Assembly: GCF_001194135.2 (NCBI RefSeq)
Contig: NC_068984.1
Location: 102,102,146 to 102,166,145 of the forward strand
Length of the DNA stretch: 64,000 nucleotides
Direction: 5' to 3'
Source: Octopus bimaculoides
Lineage: Eukaryota
Shown here: one piece after another, positions 39,038 to 53,000 of the stretch
How the letters are laid out: the number at the start of each line of letters is the position of its first letter
How positions within the stretch are numbered: position 1 is the stretch's first letter
Notes under the pieces: model-generated
Seen by the model: the letters and a program-made list of their open reading frames with translations, nothing else
Told to the model about the DNA's origin: nothing
The model's database searches: none
Program-made: the position numbers and the translations under genes

Positions 39038-42000
39038 TGGCAAAAAAGTATTCAAACCAGTGGATGATAAGCATCATTTAATAAATACTGAAGTTATATG
39101 TGAGCTACTTTGAGTTTTGTGCTTGGATATTACAGTAATTAGACAGGCTTGTATGTTGTAATGTGCATTATTCAGCAAGTTACATTAACCATCAGAAATA
39201 TAAATTATATAACAGTGTTTTCTTACAAAATTATTATAATATATTATTGTGAATCCATATGCTCAATCCTGAACTCATCTTCTTCACTTTTTTGCCTATG
39301 CTACTACTACTTATTGTGTGCGTTTCATGTAAACTGCCACAGTAAGTTTGGGATATTATTAAATTCAGTGTTCTCTTTCTATATTTCATTTCTAGTTAAC
39401 ATACATGAAGTATTTTTCTATTTTCTTTCCTTTTTATCTATGGGAAAACACAAAGTGGGATTGAAACATCACCATTTCTTTCTTCAACAATTCCCTACAA
39501 ATCATGGGGTCTTTCCTTATCTATGCAGAGATATAGAAAACACAGCTCCTCTTGATTAAGAAGCTAGTCTGTTGCTTGTTACATTTCTAGAGAACCTGCT
39601 CCTATACCTGGCTGTCGTACATTAAGGCATAGCAAAATATTTTTTAAAAAACCCTATCAATAACAGTTTTAATCTTGTGATCTATTCTAATGGCTTATTT
39701 AGTTGGTCACTTCACTTGTACATACCTCAGATTCCAGTAATTAGATCCATAGCTAGGTTTAAAGCTGAGGCTTATATTTAATTCAACATCCAAAAATATT
39801 TTCATATCTAGAGAAACATATCTAGGGACAGGTGGGTCCCTAGATATTGTGATTACATTTGCCCAAGCAAAGTTTGAATGTATTTGTAATTTGTGATTTG
39901 TTTGATAAAACTTTAGTTACAGTGTTAAACATATAATTGGTTCCATCAAGAGAGAACAGAGAGTGGATTATATTCATGTTTCAGAATTTTGTTTTTGGTA
40001 TGAGTTTCAATGCTAATATTTTTGGACATATACATACAAACAGATGCACACTAATACTTGCATAGATATATGTATCTATATTAAATACACACTCATATAA
40101 ATATATTTATTTATATTATACACACAGACACACATATGCATGCATAAATATATGTATCTATATTATACTCAAGCACATACATAAATATATGTATTTATAT
40201 TATACACAAACATATAAACATATTTATCTGTATTACATACACACAGCTATATATACACATACGTGCAAATCTTGTAATCTCTTCTCACGTCTTTTATTAT
40301 AGTTTCATCAAAAGGTCGACTACATGTGAAATGTTGGCAAATATTCAGTGAGACTGCTTTCCCATATGTTACTGAATGTGCAACACCTGGAAGTTTTGAT
40401 GAAGATTATCAACTACAGCAGTTATCAAACATTTCTGCCCCTTCAGCTTCACAACTATCTAGCCACCAGGTCAGTTTTTAATCCATTGTAGCAATATCAA
40501 TTTTATATAATTACCTCTTTGGGTACAGACAGGACTGTGTAGTTATTGCATTTGCCCAGTTGTAGATGGCATCTAGATCTTGTTGGCATTTGTAGATATA
40601 ATCATTTGTCTTAATCTGTAGCAACACTTTAGTGTTGTTTTGCATAACTGTTCAGTCTGGTTGAATGTATACTTTTAACTCTGTCTGACAACAAAACAGG
40701 CCTCAGAAAAGTACCTTGTTGCACTCCGCTTATTTCTACAGACTTGCAGATAGGGATCTGTTGGCCATTACAATTTAACAGATGCCAACCATTATTCATG
40801 TTTAACATGATATTCTTGTCAAAGATTTTGGTAAAATCCAAGTATGCACAAGTAACCCTTGATCCAGATGTAGACTTCAGAATTTAGTTGTGCTGTTGTC
40901 AAAGTTGTATTAGACAGTTTTGCCCAGAAGAAGCTCTTTTGGATATTGTTAAAAAAGTTCCTGTCGGTTTCAATTGTTTCTCTTTCTGTTTATGTTTCTC
41001 TTCACAACATTTAAAAGTTGGGATATAACTGACTCTGGTCTTCAATTACTTGTCTCTAATCTACTGCTTGTAAAGGTTAATATAGCCTAAAAACCAGTTT
41101 TTTCAGGTTGTCCAGAAAGATGATGTTATCACAAGTGTCAGCTTCTCAGTACTTTTTGTAGATTCTTCAAAGTAGTTACAAAGTAGTTAAAATAAAAATC
41201 TATTTTCATCACAATCAAAGCATTACTTTTATTTTATAGGTTTTAATTTATTATTAACATAAATTTTCATTTTGTCTTTTTCCAGCTGGCGCAAATTCTT
41301 GAGATGATGTCATCATTCTTTATGGAACAACGACTACTCAATAAAGAAAGCTGTACATTTGGTCTCTATTCCAAATGGCATAAATATGTGCCATATATTG
41401 CTTCCATCAGTGCTGGTTTTCTAAAAATTCTAGCAGCTCAATATCATGAAAATCTTTCAGAAGAATCACCCGCTCAGGGTAAGTTAATATTAGTGGTGGT
41501 AAATTTGGTTAAAAATTTATGTTCAAATGAAATATGACTCATGAATTAAAATATGGAATTTTTCAATCTTAGTGTGGAATGTTTATTGGGTACCCTTCTG
41601 CTTATCTTAAAATTTTTTATCAAGTGTTAGTCATGGCCACTACCAGTGACATATAAAAGGCACCCATGCTGATGACATGTAAAAGGCACAAGTGCATCTG
41701 GTACACTCTGTAGAGTAGTTGACATGAGGAAGGGTATCCAGTCCTAGAAAACAGGCCAAAACAGACAGGAGCCTGGTACAGCTCTCTGGCTTACCAGTTC
41801 CAGTCAAACATCTAACCCATGCAGCATGGAAAGCAGATACTAAATGATGATGATGCGTATTAAGTTCTATTGGTTTCTTTTTAGCCTAAACCTACTGATT
41901 AGTAACATTTACTAGTTAATTCAACTCTCAATGATGCTTAGAAGTAAAGATAACCTCCATTTCTTTGTCATAGTAAACTCTTAATAAAATTTACAGTGTA

Positions 42001-45000
42001 AAAATGTGCTGTATACTGGCAGTGGAAAGGAGTCATGGTTGGGGTAAGACCAAGGAAAAGATGCGGGGGGGGGGAGAATTGGTGTGATGAGATCTGGAGA
42101 TGTTTGGCATAATAGACAAGATGACAGACTACAGTATGCCAAACCAATTCAGTTAAGGAACTGCAATATATCAAACCAGTTCAAATGATGATGATAACAA
42201 AACTATATTTTTAGTGAGCAATCTCAAACAAAGATTTAATTGATTTTGTAAATTTAGGTGTCAAGCAAATTTAAAAACCAGGAAGCAAGCTGACTAAGGT
42301 ATATGTCAGATCTGATTCCCTGCCTATTTTTTACCATTTTCATAAGGTTGTTAAAATAAATATCACTAAAATATTAGTCAAATTAGTTAACTATATCATA
42401 ATTTTTACCAAAAAATACTTTATGTTCAACCCTTTAGTATTCAGATTACTCGATCAAATGTAATGCTTATTTATTCACATTGTTTTCAATTAATCATGCA
42501 TTATCTTGTGGCATTGAGGTTTCAACATTGTGATTGTCTACTTTAGAATGACATTGTAGGGTAGGTGTGAGAGGTGGATCTGGCTGGTTTTAACATAAAA
42601 CAGGTAGAATAATTGGGCCGGATATGGCTGGTTTGAATTCTAAAGGGTTATAAAGCAAAACAAAAACTATTTAAAATATTGATCTCTTATATTAGTTCCA
42701 ATGTAAATAACATAGGAAATAAGATTAACTTAAACTCGTTAGTGTCATAGTCAAAATGAATAGGCTATAACTAGGAATTTAAACTGTTTCACATTCTTGC
42801 TGGGAACTTTACTTTATCATTTTATGTATTGATGTTCTATGGATTTTCTTTTGTGTTCATAATTCATATATCTATTTCTTTTAGTGATTGATTATTTATG
42901 GAATATGATAGTAAATGTGTTCAGTCCTTGGGTGAGGCCATTGAAAGGACCAGCACAGACTCAACTACTGATTCCTTGGACAGCTGGTGACCATGAGGCT
43001 GCTACCATAATGGTTCAAAACTTCTGTGATGCAATCCGATATATCCACACATTTTATAAATGTAAGTTTTTTGTTATATTTGATTTAGAATGGGAAATAA
43101 AGTAATTGATTTACCTAGCTATGATTTTTAGCATTGTTTTGTGCCACAAATTAAGTTTTGTAATTAGACATATTTGAATTAGATCATAATTAAAAAATGG
43201 TATTCTGTTTTTTTTTGTTTTTTGTTTTGGTTTTTGTTTACCATAATCTCAAAGTCTATGATTTTGTTATATCTAGAATGTTCTCTATGTTTGATTACAG
43301 TGATTTAAAATCATCCAACTACTCCTATATTGGAATGGATGATTAAAACATTATCAAAAAATGTAAGTTCTCACATTGACAAACTTACTTTTCTTTTGAT
43401 TCTGTCAGTCTCACAGGGTTTTAAAATCTAGTCTATTGCCATGATGACTAATAGGCTTGAATTTTAATTTCCAATGCTGATTTTTTTACTGTAGAGACAG
43501 GCTTTTCTGAAACATCTGTAGATCTTTTAATATCGATCCTTTCAAACTGTCCAATCCTGCCAATATGGAACATGGACATTAAATGATGTAGATGATGATG
43601 ATATGATGGTGATGGTGATGGTGATGATGATATAATATCAGATTAATGTTGTTATAGGTCTTGATGTATCAACAGATGTGACTGTGCTGAGGTTTTACCC
43701 TTCTTTGGTAGTAGATTTATAGTTTGAAATTTCTCCTTATTACATATAATACCACCTTCAAATACTTTCGTGTGGCTTCTGAATGGTTGTTTGCAAGATT
43801 TTTTTCTCTTTATATTTGGATTGCTTTATTGACTGGTATTGTATCAAAACCAGAATAATTGGGAGAGGTCTCCAGTTGCATTTTGAGTTCTTTATGAAGA
43901 AGGTGTCTGTTGTTGTCAGGTTAGGTTTCCGGTTAATTCAGAATACTTTGAAACATCTGTTTGTATTTCATTTATCAGAAACCTTCCTGCCAGGCTACCT
44001 TTACACTTGATTTACTTTTGAATGCTTCACTAAAAGACTCTTAATTACTGTTGTGTTTTCTTTCTTTACAGCTTTATTATCACCTGTAGCTTACTCACAA
44101 ACCCAAGACATACTTGGACGGCTGTGGATCTTCTATACTTCTATATTAGCATCGAGAAAGATACCAGTTTATTGTGTTACATTACTGAATGTTGAATTGG
44201 CTTTGTTGCCATGGGATCAACTTACGATTGATTTGCAGGTTGCAGAAACAATGTCAACTGTAAGTAAAACCCTTGTTTAAGAATCTGATTTATTGGTTAA
44301 AAACAGAGTTTTAATTTGAATGTTAGCTTGTATAACTATAAATATGTCTTGTTTTACTATTTTCATTTTAATGATAAAATTAATTATATAGAATAGGAAT
44401 AACTATTTGATGCTAATTGACTTTATAGAGCCAGAGATGAATAACAGAAATGTTAAAGGAATTTGTCTCATCTATTCTCTAATTCTTATGTAAGGAGTTT
44501 GTTTATATAAAGTCTAAAAGAACAGTGTTTCCTGCATGCAAGTTGCATAACTATTTAGAACAACATTATGTTGGCAAACCAGTCAACTGCAGTTTTTACC
44601 TGGATATGTTCCTATAGGAGCACTCCATCTGGGAGCATGATGAGGCTCCCAGCTGATACGATCACCGGAACAGCCTGCTCATGAAATTAACGTGCAAGTG
44701 GTTGAGCTATCCACAGACACGTGTACCCCTAATGTAGTTCTCAGGGAGATTCAGCGTGACACATAGCTTGACAAGGCCGGCCCTTTGAAATACAGGTACC
44801 ACTCATTTTTGCCAGCTGAGTGGACTGGAGCAACGTGAAATAAAGTGTTTTGCTCAAGGACACAACACGTCGCCAGGAATTGAACTCATGACCTGTTGAT
44901 TGTGACCCGAATGCCCTCACCACTAAGCCACGCACCTTCACAATGTTCACTTCCATGATAGATATATTGAGAAAATATCACAAATTATTATTAACATATT

Positions 45001-46997
45001 TTTGGTGATAGCCCCTCTCTGCTCATAAAAATCTCCTCATCCCCTAGCATGAAGCTAAGGTTTGTAGTCCTGAGAACTAAATGACAATCTCAGTAGTTCA
45101 GGTGGCACAAGAAAAGCACCCAGTCCATGCTGTAAAGTGGCTGGTATTAGGAAGAGCATCCAGCTATAAAAACCATGCCAAAGCAGACTTTGGAGCTCAA
45201 TGCAATCCTTGAACAAGCCATCCAACCCATGCTAGCTTGGAACACAGGTGTTAATTGTTGTTGAGGACGATGATGATGGTGATGAGGATGATCCATGCTC
45301 AAAATTACAAATACATTATTTGGAATGAATTATTTGTACAATAATAGTAATATTGTCAACAATTTACGACATATAGAAGTTAATTTTGTTGGTAATATTT
45401 GATTAAAGTATAAAGTTTATAAAATTTGTAATTGAAGATTTTAGGTTTAAAATTTATTTTCTGATTGAGTATTTTGTGATTGTAATATGTTTTCTATTTG
45501 ATAAAAATCTGACAAAACTACGTTTGATTACAGTGATTTAAAATCATCTAATAATGTTTAAAAATATTAACAATTTATTGATTGTTTTCTAAAAATGGCT
45601 TTATACATATTTCATAATGGTAGTAATACTCATGATTGTTACCATTATTATTTTTAATTATCTTATGTATTTGTGTCTATCTCACAGATTCGTGATAATG
45701 GTAACATAGAAAGCTTCCAGCTTGTGAAAGTAATTGCCCCTCACGTCAACTGGGCAAATGCAATGCAGGATTTCATCAGCAATTACCCTGTAAATATTGT
45801 ATCCAAGTTTGCTGCACATCTTTTCCATTTATTCTTGCAACTTGCTGGAGATGATAAAGAAAGCTTTTTATCATTTGTAAGTATTTTCCGTGTATACATA
45901 TCTGGTGATATATGAAAATCTTGATAATATTGAGCTCAATTTCTTATGTCTCCTCATATCATTTAGGATGCATAAATGTATACCAGTTATATACTGGGTT
46001 GTATCAATTGGCTATACACTATTATTCTATCTTTTTTATGAACAATAAAGTAATTGTTGATAAAGAGAGACATTTATATTAAAACAAACAAATGAAAAAT
46101 AGTTCAATATATTATCAAATATATTATTTATAGATCAATATTGTTATTATTATTATTAAGGTGGCAAGCTTGCAGAATTGCTAGCATGCTAGTCAAATTA
46201 CTTAGCAGCATTTTGTCCTTCTTGATGTTCTGAGTTCAAATTCTGCTGAGGTCAACTTGCATTTTGTCCTTTTGGGGTTTATAAAATAAATACCAGGTGA
46301 ACACTGAGTTTCATGCAATCAACTTACCCTTTCCCCCCAAAATTGCTGGCTTTGTGCCAAAATTTGAAACCATTATTATTGAGTGAAAGGACAGCACATA
46401 CTATCAAAGTGACAAATATATAAAACCCAATATACCCATCATGATTACCCATCTGATAAGAGTACATGCATCACAAACATATACGCATGATATGGTGACT
46501 TCATATCAAGATAAACTGCACATGACCTTGCAGATGGGAGCCCTGTTAGAATTTTCTTCAGGTTGAGTAGCCCATCCTGCTCCAAAGGTCCCTGAATAAG
46601 TTTTGTTTAAGGATGATGAATGAAACACCCATGTTTCTAAAGGTGAATTATTCAAACCCCAAAGAATTCCTCTCAATACATGGCTCTGATGCTCCCCCAC
46701 TACTTCTGCTCATGATCAGAGATGCACATATCATCCGTCACTAAAGGAGATGCTCAACTTGTTAAGGTCAAGCAACTGACAAGCAAATCTGTGATATTGA
46801 GCAGAATATTTGTGATAGCCCATCTTTTACACCAAGACAAAACATGTACATATTACCATGAGAGCTTGGTATTACATTAGGTAATTTATTATTATTTACC
46901 TTTCATCCTTTTGGGGTCATCAAAATAAGTATCAGTTGATGTAAATGACTAGCCCCCTTCCCCAAGAATGTCAGGCCTTGTGCCTACAGCAGAAAGG

Positions 46998-47067
<70 letters not shown>

Positions 47068-50000
47068 CCTGATTTGCAGTTTGTTTTAGTTTGTTTTCTG
47101 TTTTGATTCCTTCCAGACTGAAGAAGTAATATTAATGTTTATGATGGCTGAGAAGTTATGTTGGAATTACTTAGATTCCAATAGTTTCAGCCAGTCAGTC
47201 AACTGGTATCTACAGCACTGTGATCCAAGAGCAATTCTTGCCCAGAGGTCATCTTTACAGGCATTGGAACTGCGGTTAGTGAGATTTTAATTTTTGCTTT
47301 TAGTCAAGGTTTATCATTTAAATAATGAAGACAATTACCGAGGGAAAGGTGGTGACCTCTAAATCTGAGTTAAAAATCTTGCTGTATTCAGCTTTAATTT
47401 TGATCCCTCTGAGTTCAGCATGTGTCAGTAATATATTGAGGCTTGTTGTTAGAAGAAATCAAGAAATGTTTTCAAAATGCAATCCTGAATCTTGAACTCT
47501 GCTAAATGAACTTAATAAAGCTGGTTGATACATTGTTTTATCAACACAACAATAAAATGTCAGCTGGCCATCAATTTACATTAATTTCAGTTTAATTCAT
47601 GTATTGTTCCTAAGAGAGTCACAGATAGCCAAGATGATTGATAGAAATTTGAAGTTTGTAGGTTTCACCTTGTCAGCATCGTGGCATTGTCTCTTAGATA
47701 CTTAACTTTCAAACAGTCCAGTCTTTAGCAACAATTCTTCACTGTGAGGAGCAGCAGTGTTGTAAAACTGATGAGTGTTTTTTTAACTTGCAGTGTTAAA
47801 CTTTTTCTGTGGTAGAAAGAGCTCCATCCAATACTTTTGCTTGAGACATTCATGAAGAGAAATAATGAGTGAAGTCTAAATCTCTTTTGTTCATGCTATT
47901 TCTATTCAATCTCTTTATCAACAACCTTCATATAGCTATATGTCACTCTCTCTCCTCATGTTTTAAGAGCAGCAGCTTCCATGGTCTGCTTTCTTCCTTT
48001 CAGCTCTGCTAGAAGGAAAGCTCTTAAATGACTGTTGCTGCTACATGGGTACCAATGGGTCTCTTTTCTGAAAAATCAACCTTTGAGAGTCCTTCTTTTG
48101 ACACCTACCACAAATTACAATTCTTAGACCATTTTATGGTCTTGTGGAGTCACGAGGACTAGTATGACTTAGTGATCTCTCCTGCCTCTATTATGCTTTA
48201 AAAGTGACTGTGAGCTAAGGGTTGATGTTATAACGAACTCTATCCCAAATACTATGAGACCCGTTTATTGATAGGTGTGTTACTCTCTTAACTACTGTCA
48301 TATCCCATGCTCTCAACTTGTCCTCAGTCTTAAAAGCAATGCATATTGTGCTATATGACCTCCTTCTCCCTATGAAGGACATTTTGCTTCATATGTCTAC
48401 AAAAGCTGCCTCTTTGGAGGGCACCAGGAAAAACCCCTGTGGTATTGGTAAAGCATAGGTAAGTTATTTTCCTTTTCTCTCATGATAGCTTCAGGTACTG
48501 AAGCACTTGTTCTTGTGACATAATGTTGCCATGCATTTGTTATTTTAGTAAAAATAAAAGTGCTTTCATTTACATGTGCATTTACCAGTGACAGGGTGTG
48601 ACCTGCATTCAAAACTTATGTTTGATGATGCGTGTATCTTTTTTTGGGTGTGTACGTAAATGTTGTCAAACATTGTTATTAACCAAGCTACTGTTTTTTT
48701 TTTTTTTTTTACTGAAATGTTATCCTTTGTTTCATTCCCTGCATTTAGAAAGTCTCTCTGTGTAATGTTATTTGGTTTTGTCTGTTTGGCTGCACTCTTG
48801 CTCTGTTCAAAATTATTAATTTATTTGTGTGTGTTTTTTGAAGTGGTGTCAGTTTCTATGTAACAGGTGGGCTTCATTGAATTTTAACACAGTTAAAAAA
48901 AATAATCAATTTTTAAAAAAACTGACTTTGTCTTCCACCAGTGTGAGGTAGACATGTAAATAGTTCAACCCCACCCCATACAGTATAAAATCCTAAATGA
49001 AAATTATTTCTATCAGTTGTGTTTTGAAAACATCCAAAATTATTGGAATAAGTTCAAACTTGATGGGGTTTGGCCTGATTTGATCACCGGTTCCCTATAG
49101 CAATCAGCAGGTCAAGAGGGGTACACGTGTTTGTACAGAGCTGGTTAATCAAGGTTTTAATTAGCTAATCAACCCATGTATATCCATAGAGAGTATCATT
49201 AATGAGTTCTTGCTTAGCTCTCTAGTAATGCCCTACAAAACAATTACCTCTCTCTCTAATTGCATTGAGTAATTGCAAGAATATTGCCACGCTGTCTCTG
49301 TTTAGTCAGATGCATTTTTTATGAGGTATTCAGAATGGCACCTAAAATGCAGATGTAAGCACCATCAAACCTTGCTCTCCGCTGTTTGGTAAGTGTTCAA
49401 GCACTGGACCCATTCAATATCACTGATTCCTCAGTAAGATGGAAGAAGATTCTCTTAAAATCATCAGTGATCAATGACTTCCTGATGACTTTGCATCCAT
49501 TAAGAATAGATCATGCTTTCACAAAATAAATTTTTCCATTGTTTTCTGAAGATGCAATGTTGTTCCCTAAATATATGAAGGCCTTTGCTGATCTTAGAGG
49601 GTTTTGTTTCATTGTGCTTATTGAATACTGTATATTGTAACAGATGTATTGCTGTCTTTGAGGCATTGGCATCCAGACCAATATCTTCTACATTTCCATC
49701 ATTCTCAGTTGTCATCAACTTGGACTACGGATTTGGCATTTTAGTTTGACAAAATTTAAGAACTTGGTTTCACTCTTACAAAATCTACTGTCATCACTTA
49801 ACCATGACAAAATGTGGAGTATGCTGATGATACTGCATTATTTGCAGACAGAAAGCAAATGCAGAATCTATGTGAAGGAGATGAAAGTATTAATTATCTC
49901 TTTAGTGAGTTCAGTAAGTTAGCAGCAAAAGAATATAAGTGCAGGCTTAACTGTGTTGGTAAAAGAGTGCATTGAGATGGTAGCCAAGTGTGGATTCTTA

Positions 50001-53000
50001 GTTACAGAAAAGTGATATGAACACAAACGAGAAAGATTATGATAGTGAAAAACAATTAGAAGGTTTTATGGGATATCTCCATAAAAACTGACTATACTAT
50101 TGAAGTAAGAAGACCAGATATAATTGTAGATGACAAAAGGAGGAAAAAAATAAACAGTGTAAGATCATAAATTTGCAATACCATAGAGTAGATACCCAAG
50201 AAATTGAGAAATATTAGGACCTAGCTAGAGAGTTGCAGAGATTGTGGAACACAAAGGTGAAAATTGTTTCTGTGGTAATTAATGCACTTAGAATGACACC
50301 CACTCTGCTACCTAAGACAGTGAAAGATATTGGAATTGAGATACACGTTGTCGATCTGTAGAAAAGTTTCATCCCGTTTTCTACAAGAATCCTAAGAAAG
50401 ATTTTATTATTGATCCACTGAGGTCAACTTTGCCTTTCATCCTTTTAGGGTCAATAAAATAAGTATCAGTTGAGCACTTGTGTTGATGTAATTAACTATT
50501 ACTTTCACCTAAGATTGATAGCTTTGTGCCAGAATTTGAAATCATTATTTTATGATTGATAAGTTAGCTTATTGCATATCAATCAGTTAATCTGGTTCTT
50601 TGTAATACAGTATCAATAACACAATTCCCTTTTACTTATGTTTAAATTTGTTTCTTTTTGAAATTTTGTCTATAAAGAGAAATTCATTTCTATTTGTAGC
50701 TTGATTAAATCTGCCTCAAAATTTGACTGTGACAGTTCTGCTCATTGGAACAGTGAAATTAGTAAGAAGAGAGTTGGTTATGTGTACTGTGTGATCCAGC
50801 TTCTCTGCCAGTGTTCTTACCAGGATGATATAAATGAAGAAACATTCAGTAACAGCATCCTTAATATCTTGACTGAAATAGAAACAGTTGAGATGGCAGG
50901 TAAGGAAGGAGAAACTGATTTCTTTTTGTCAATGTAAATTCCTAATAAGTTTGTGTAGCAAGTTGTTTTGAAATTGTTTGGTTATTTTATAAATCTACTG
51001 AAGACTTTGTTTTTATGTTTTGGTATAAGGAAGAATAAACATAAATAATTTCAGATTGCTTTTCTCTAGCCAAGTGAACAATATTAAGTAAATGTGATAG
51101 TAATAAAAATAATACAAATAAATGTAATTTCATTATAATTACAGGGAAAGTGTAAAAAGGAGATTGGTCCATGTATAGGAATCATGGTTATAATGGTGGA
51201 AGGAAAATGATAGGGAGACAGGTGGTTACTATTAAATAGAGGATAGGAGACAGTAGACATAGATGTTATCCATGTGCAAAAAAGAATGGTTACCAGTAGT
51301 TGCAGCTGTGTGTGTGTATGTGTGCTCAACGACATATATTTGTAGATATGCAAGTAGGAGGGCTGAGTAGTTTGTGTTGCCTGTGTGTGTCTTGAGGTTT
51401 CTAGTCGTATGTGGTACCTGTCCATAGTATTTCTTTATAGTTAAGTCACCTGAGCCATTGCAAGTATTTTTGATGAAGATATTCACAGCATTAACGATTC
51501 TTCTATTAATAAACAGCCTATCTATCTGAGTCACATTTAATCATTTATGAAATAGCGACAATATGGAGATAAATAATACTGGAAAAGCTTTGAAGTTTTC
51601 TTTTTCATATATAAATTATTTAAGTGAGAAATTCATTTCAGCTTTAGAAATATATGGCACTTAAATTCTCTTCAATTTTCTATTTAATCTCAGCAATTAA
51701 TCCTTAAAGTCTCTATATAACTTGCTTAAATAAAGATTCAAAACAAAATAAAACATTATGCCTAAGTAAATTTGGTTAATGTTTGTGTCAGGTTGCTGCT
51801 AAGTAATGATTTCATATAAATTAATTTGTTCATATAAATTGATTTGTTGTCTAGATATTGAAATTTTACTCCTTGTAGAGAGATGTGTAAGAATTGGGTG
51901 ATTATTTGACAGTAATGATGTACTATTTTGTACTACACACTGTTCTATAATGCTTTATTGTCAAACTCTACTGCAATTCTGTTTACTTGTGGAGAGATGT
52001 ATGGAAAATTGCTAGAGTTATTCCCCTGTTTGAAAAATGCAACTACACCATCCCTGTCAATCACTGTCCAATCAGTCTCACAAGCTGCATCACCAAATTG
52101 GTGAAATCTCAAGTCTTTGTGATCTTTCCTCTTTATGGCTCTTTCAGTGTTTGTTTATGTTTTATTCTGTGTAGTTTGCATGCATGTTTAGCTTTCTTTG
52201 TTGTCTTTCTTTACTCGACAAATGGCTCCTGTCTCCTCTTTTAACTTTTGCTGCTGAGTTGTAGTGCACTCGAGTGCTTGTACACAATTCAGTGGTTATC
52301 TGTCAGCATTGATGTACTATAACTGTTATTACATATTGTTCTACTGTAATGTTTTATTGTTAAACTCTAATTATTCTACTATTATATTTCCAGTTGCTGA
52401 TCGATATGTGCAAAATGAGGAATCCGTGGAGATGATGAAAACTGTGTATAGTCTTTTGAATAACTGTAATCCAGAAGGAACAATCAGTGAACTAATTACC
52501 AGTACCATTTACAGCTGGTTAGAGTCCTCCATCCACAGCATACTATTAATGCCAGCCATTGCTGCTGCTTGTCGTTCATTGGCTAGTCTTACAAATGTTG
52601 TACAAATTTTAGAGAAATGCATTGATGTTTTTTTCACTTCAGGTTTGTTAATACAAAAATTATTTTCTTAACAACATTTATAAATCTAAATATGATGTTA
52701 TATGAGTAAATCTGCCAATGAGTTGTTGAGCCTCATGATAAATTGTATTAAGGGTAATACTGAAGACTTCCTTTTACATTACAGACTGGCAGGTATTTTA
52801 GGTTGTAGGAAATTTCATCATAAACATTTTAGCTGCAGGAAAATATGTTGGAAAAAAAGTAAACTGAAAAAAAAAAAAAAAAAGATTAGCTGTTTTCTTA
52901 AAATGGCAACTTCATCAACTAACCTCCCAATTAGCAAAAGATAATTTCTTTAAAATGAGTTATCTAGTTTACAGTCTGCTTAAGTGCCTCCTTTATGGGG

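Noticed and set aside
39149-39559. 136-aa ORF and the many other 60-135-aa ORFs in the supplied track
   Set aside because: Low-complexity, microsatellite- or SINE-derived, or read-through extensions of real EPG5 exons into introns; no independent genes are supported
44880-44942. tRNA-like A and B boxes
   Set aside because: This is the head of a repeated SINE continuing into a SINE core; no complete cloverleaf, so it was not called a tRNA gene
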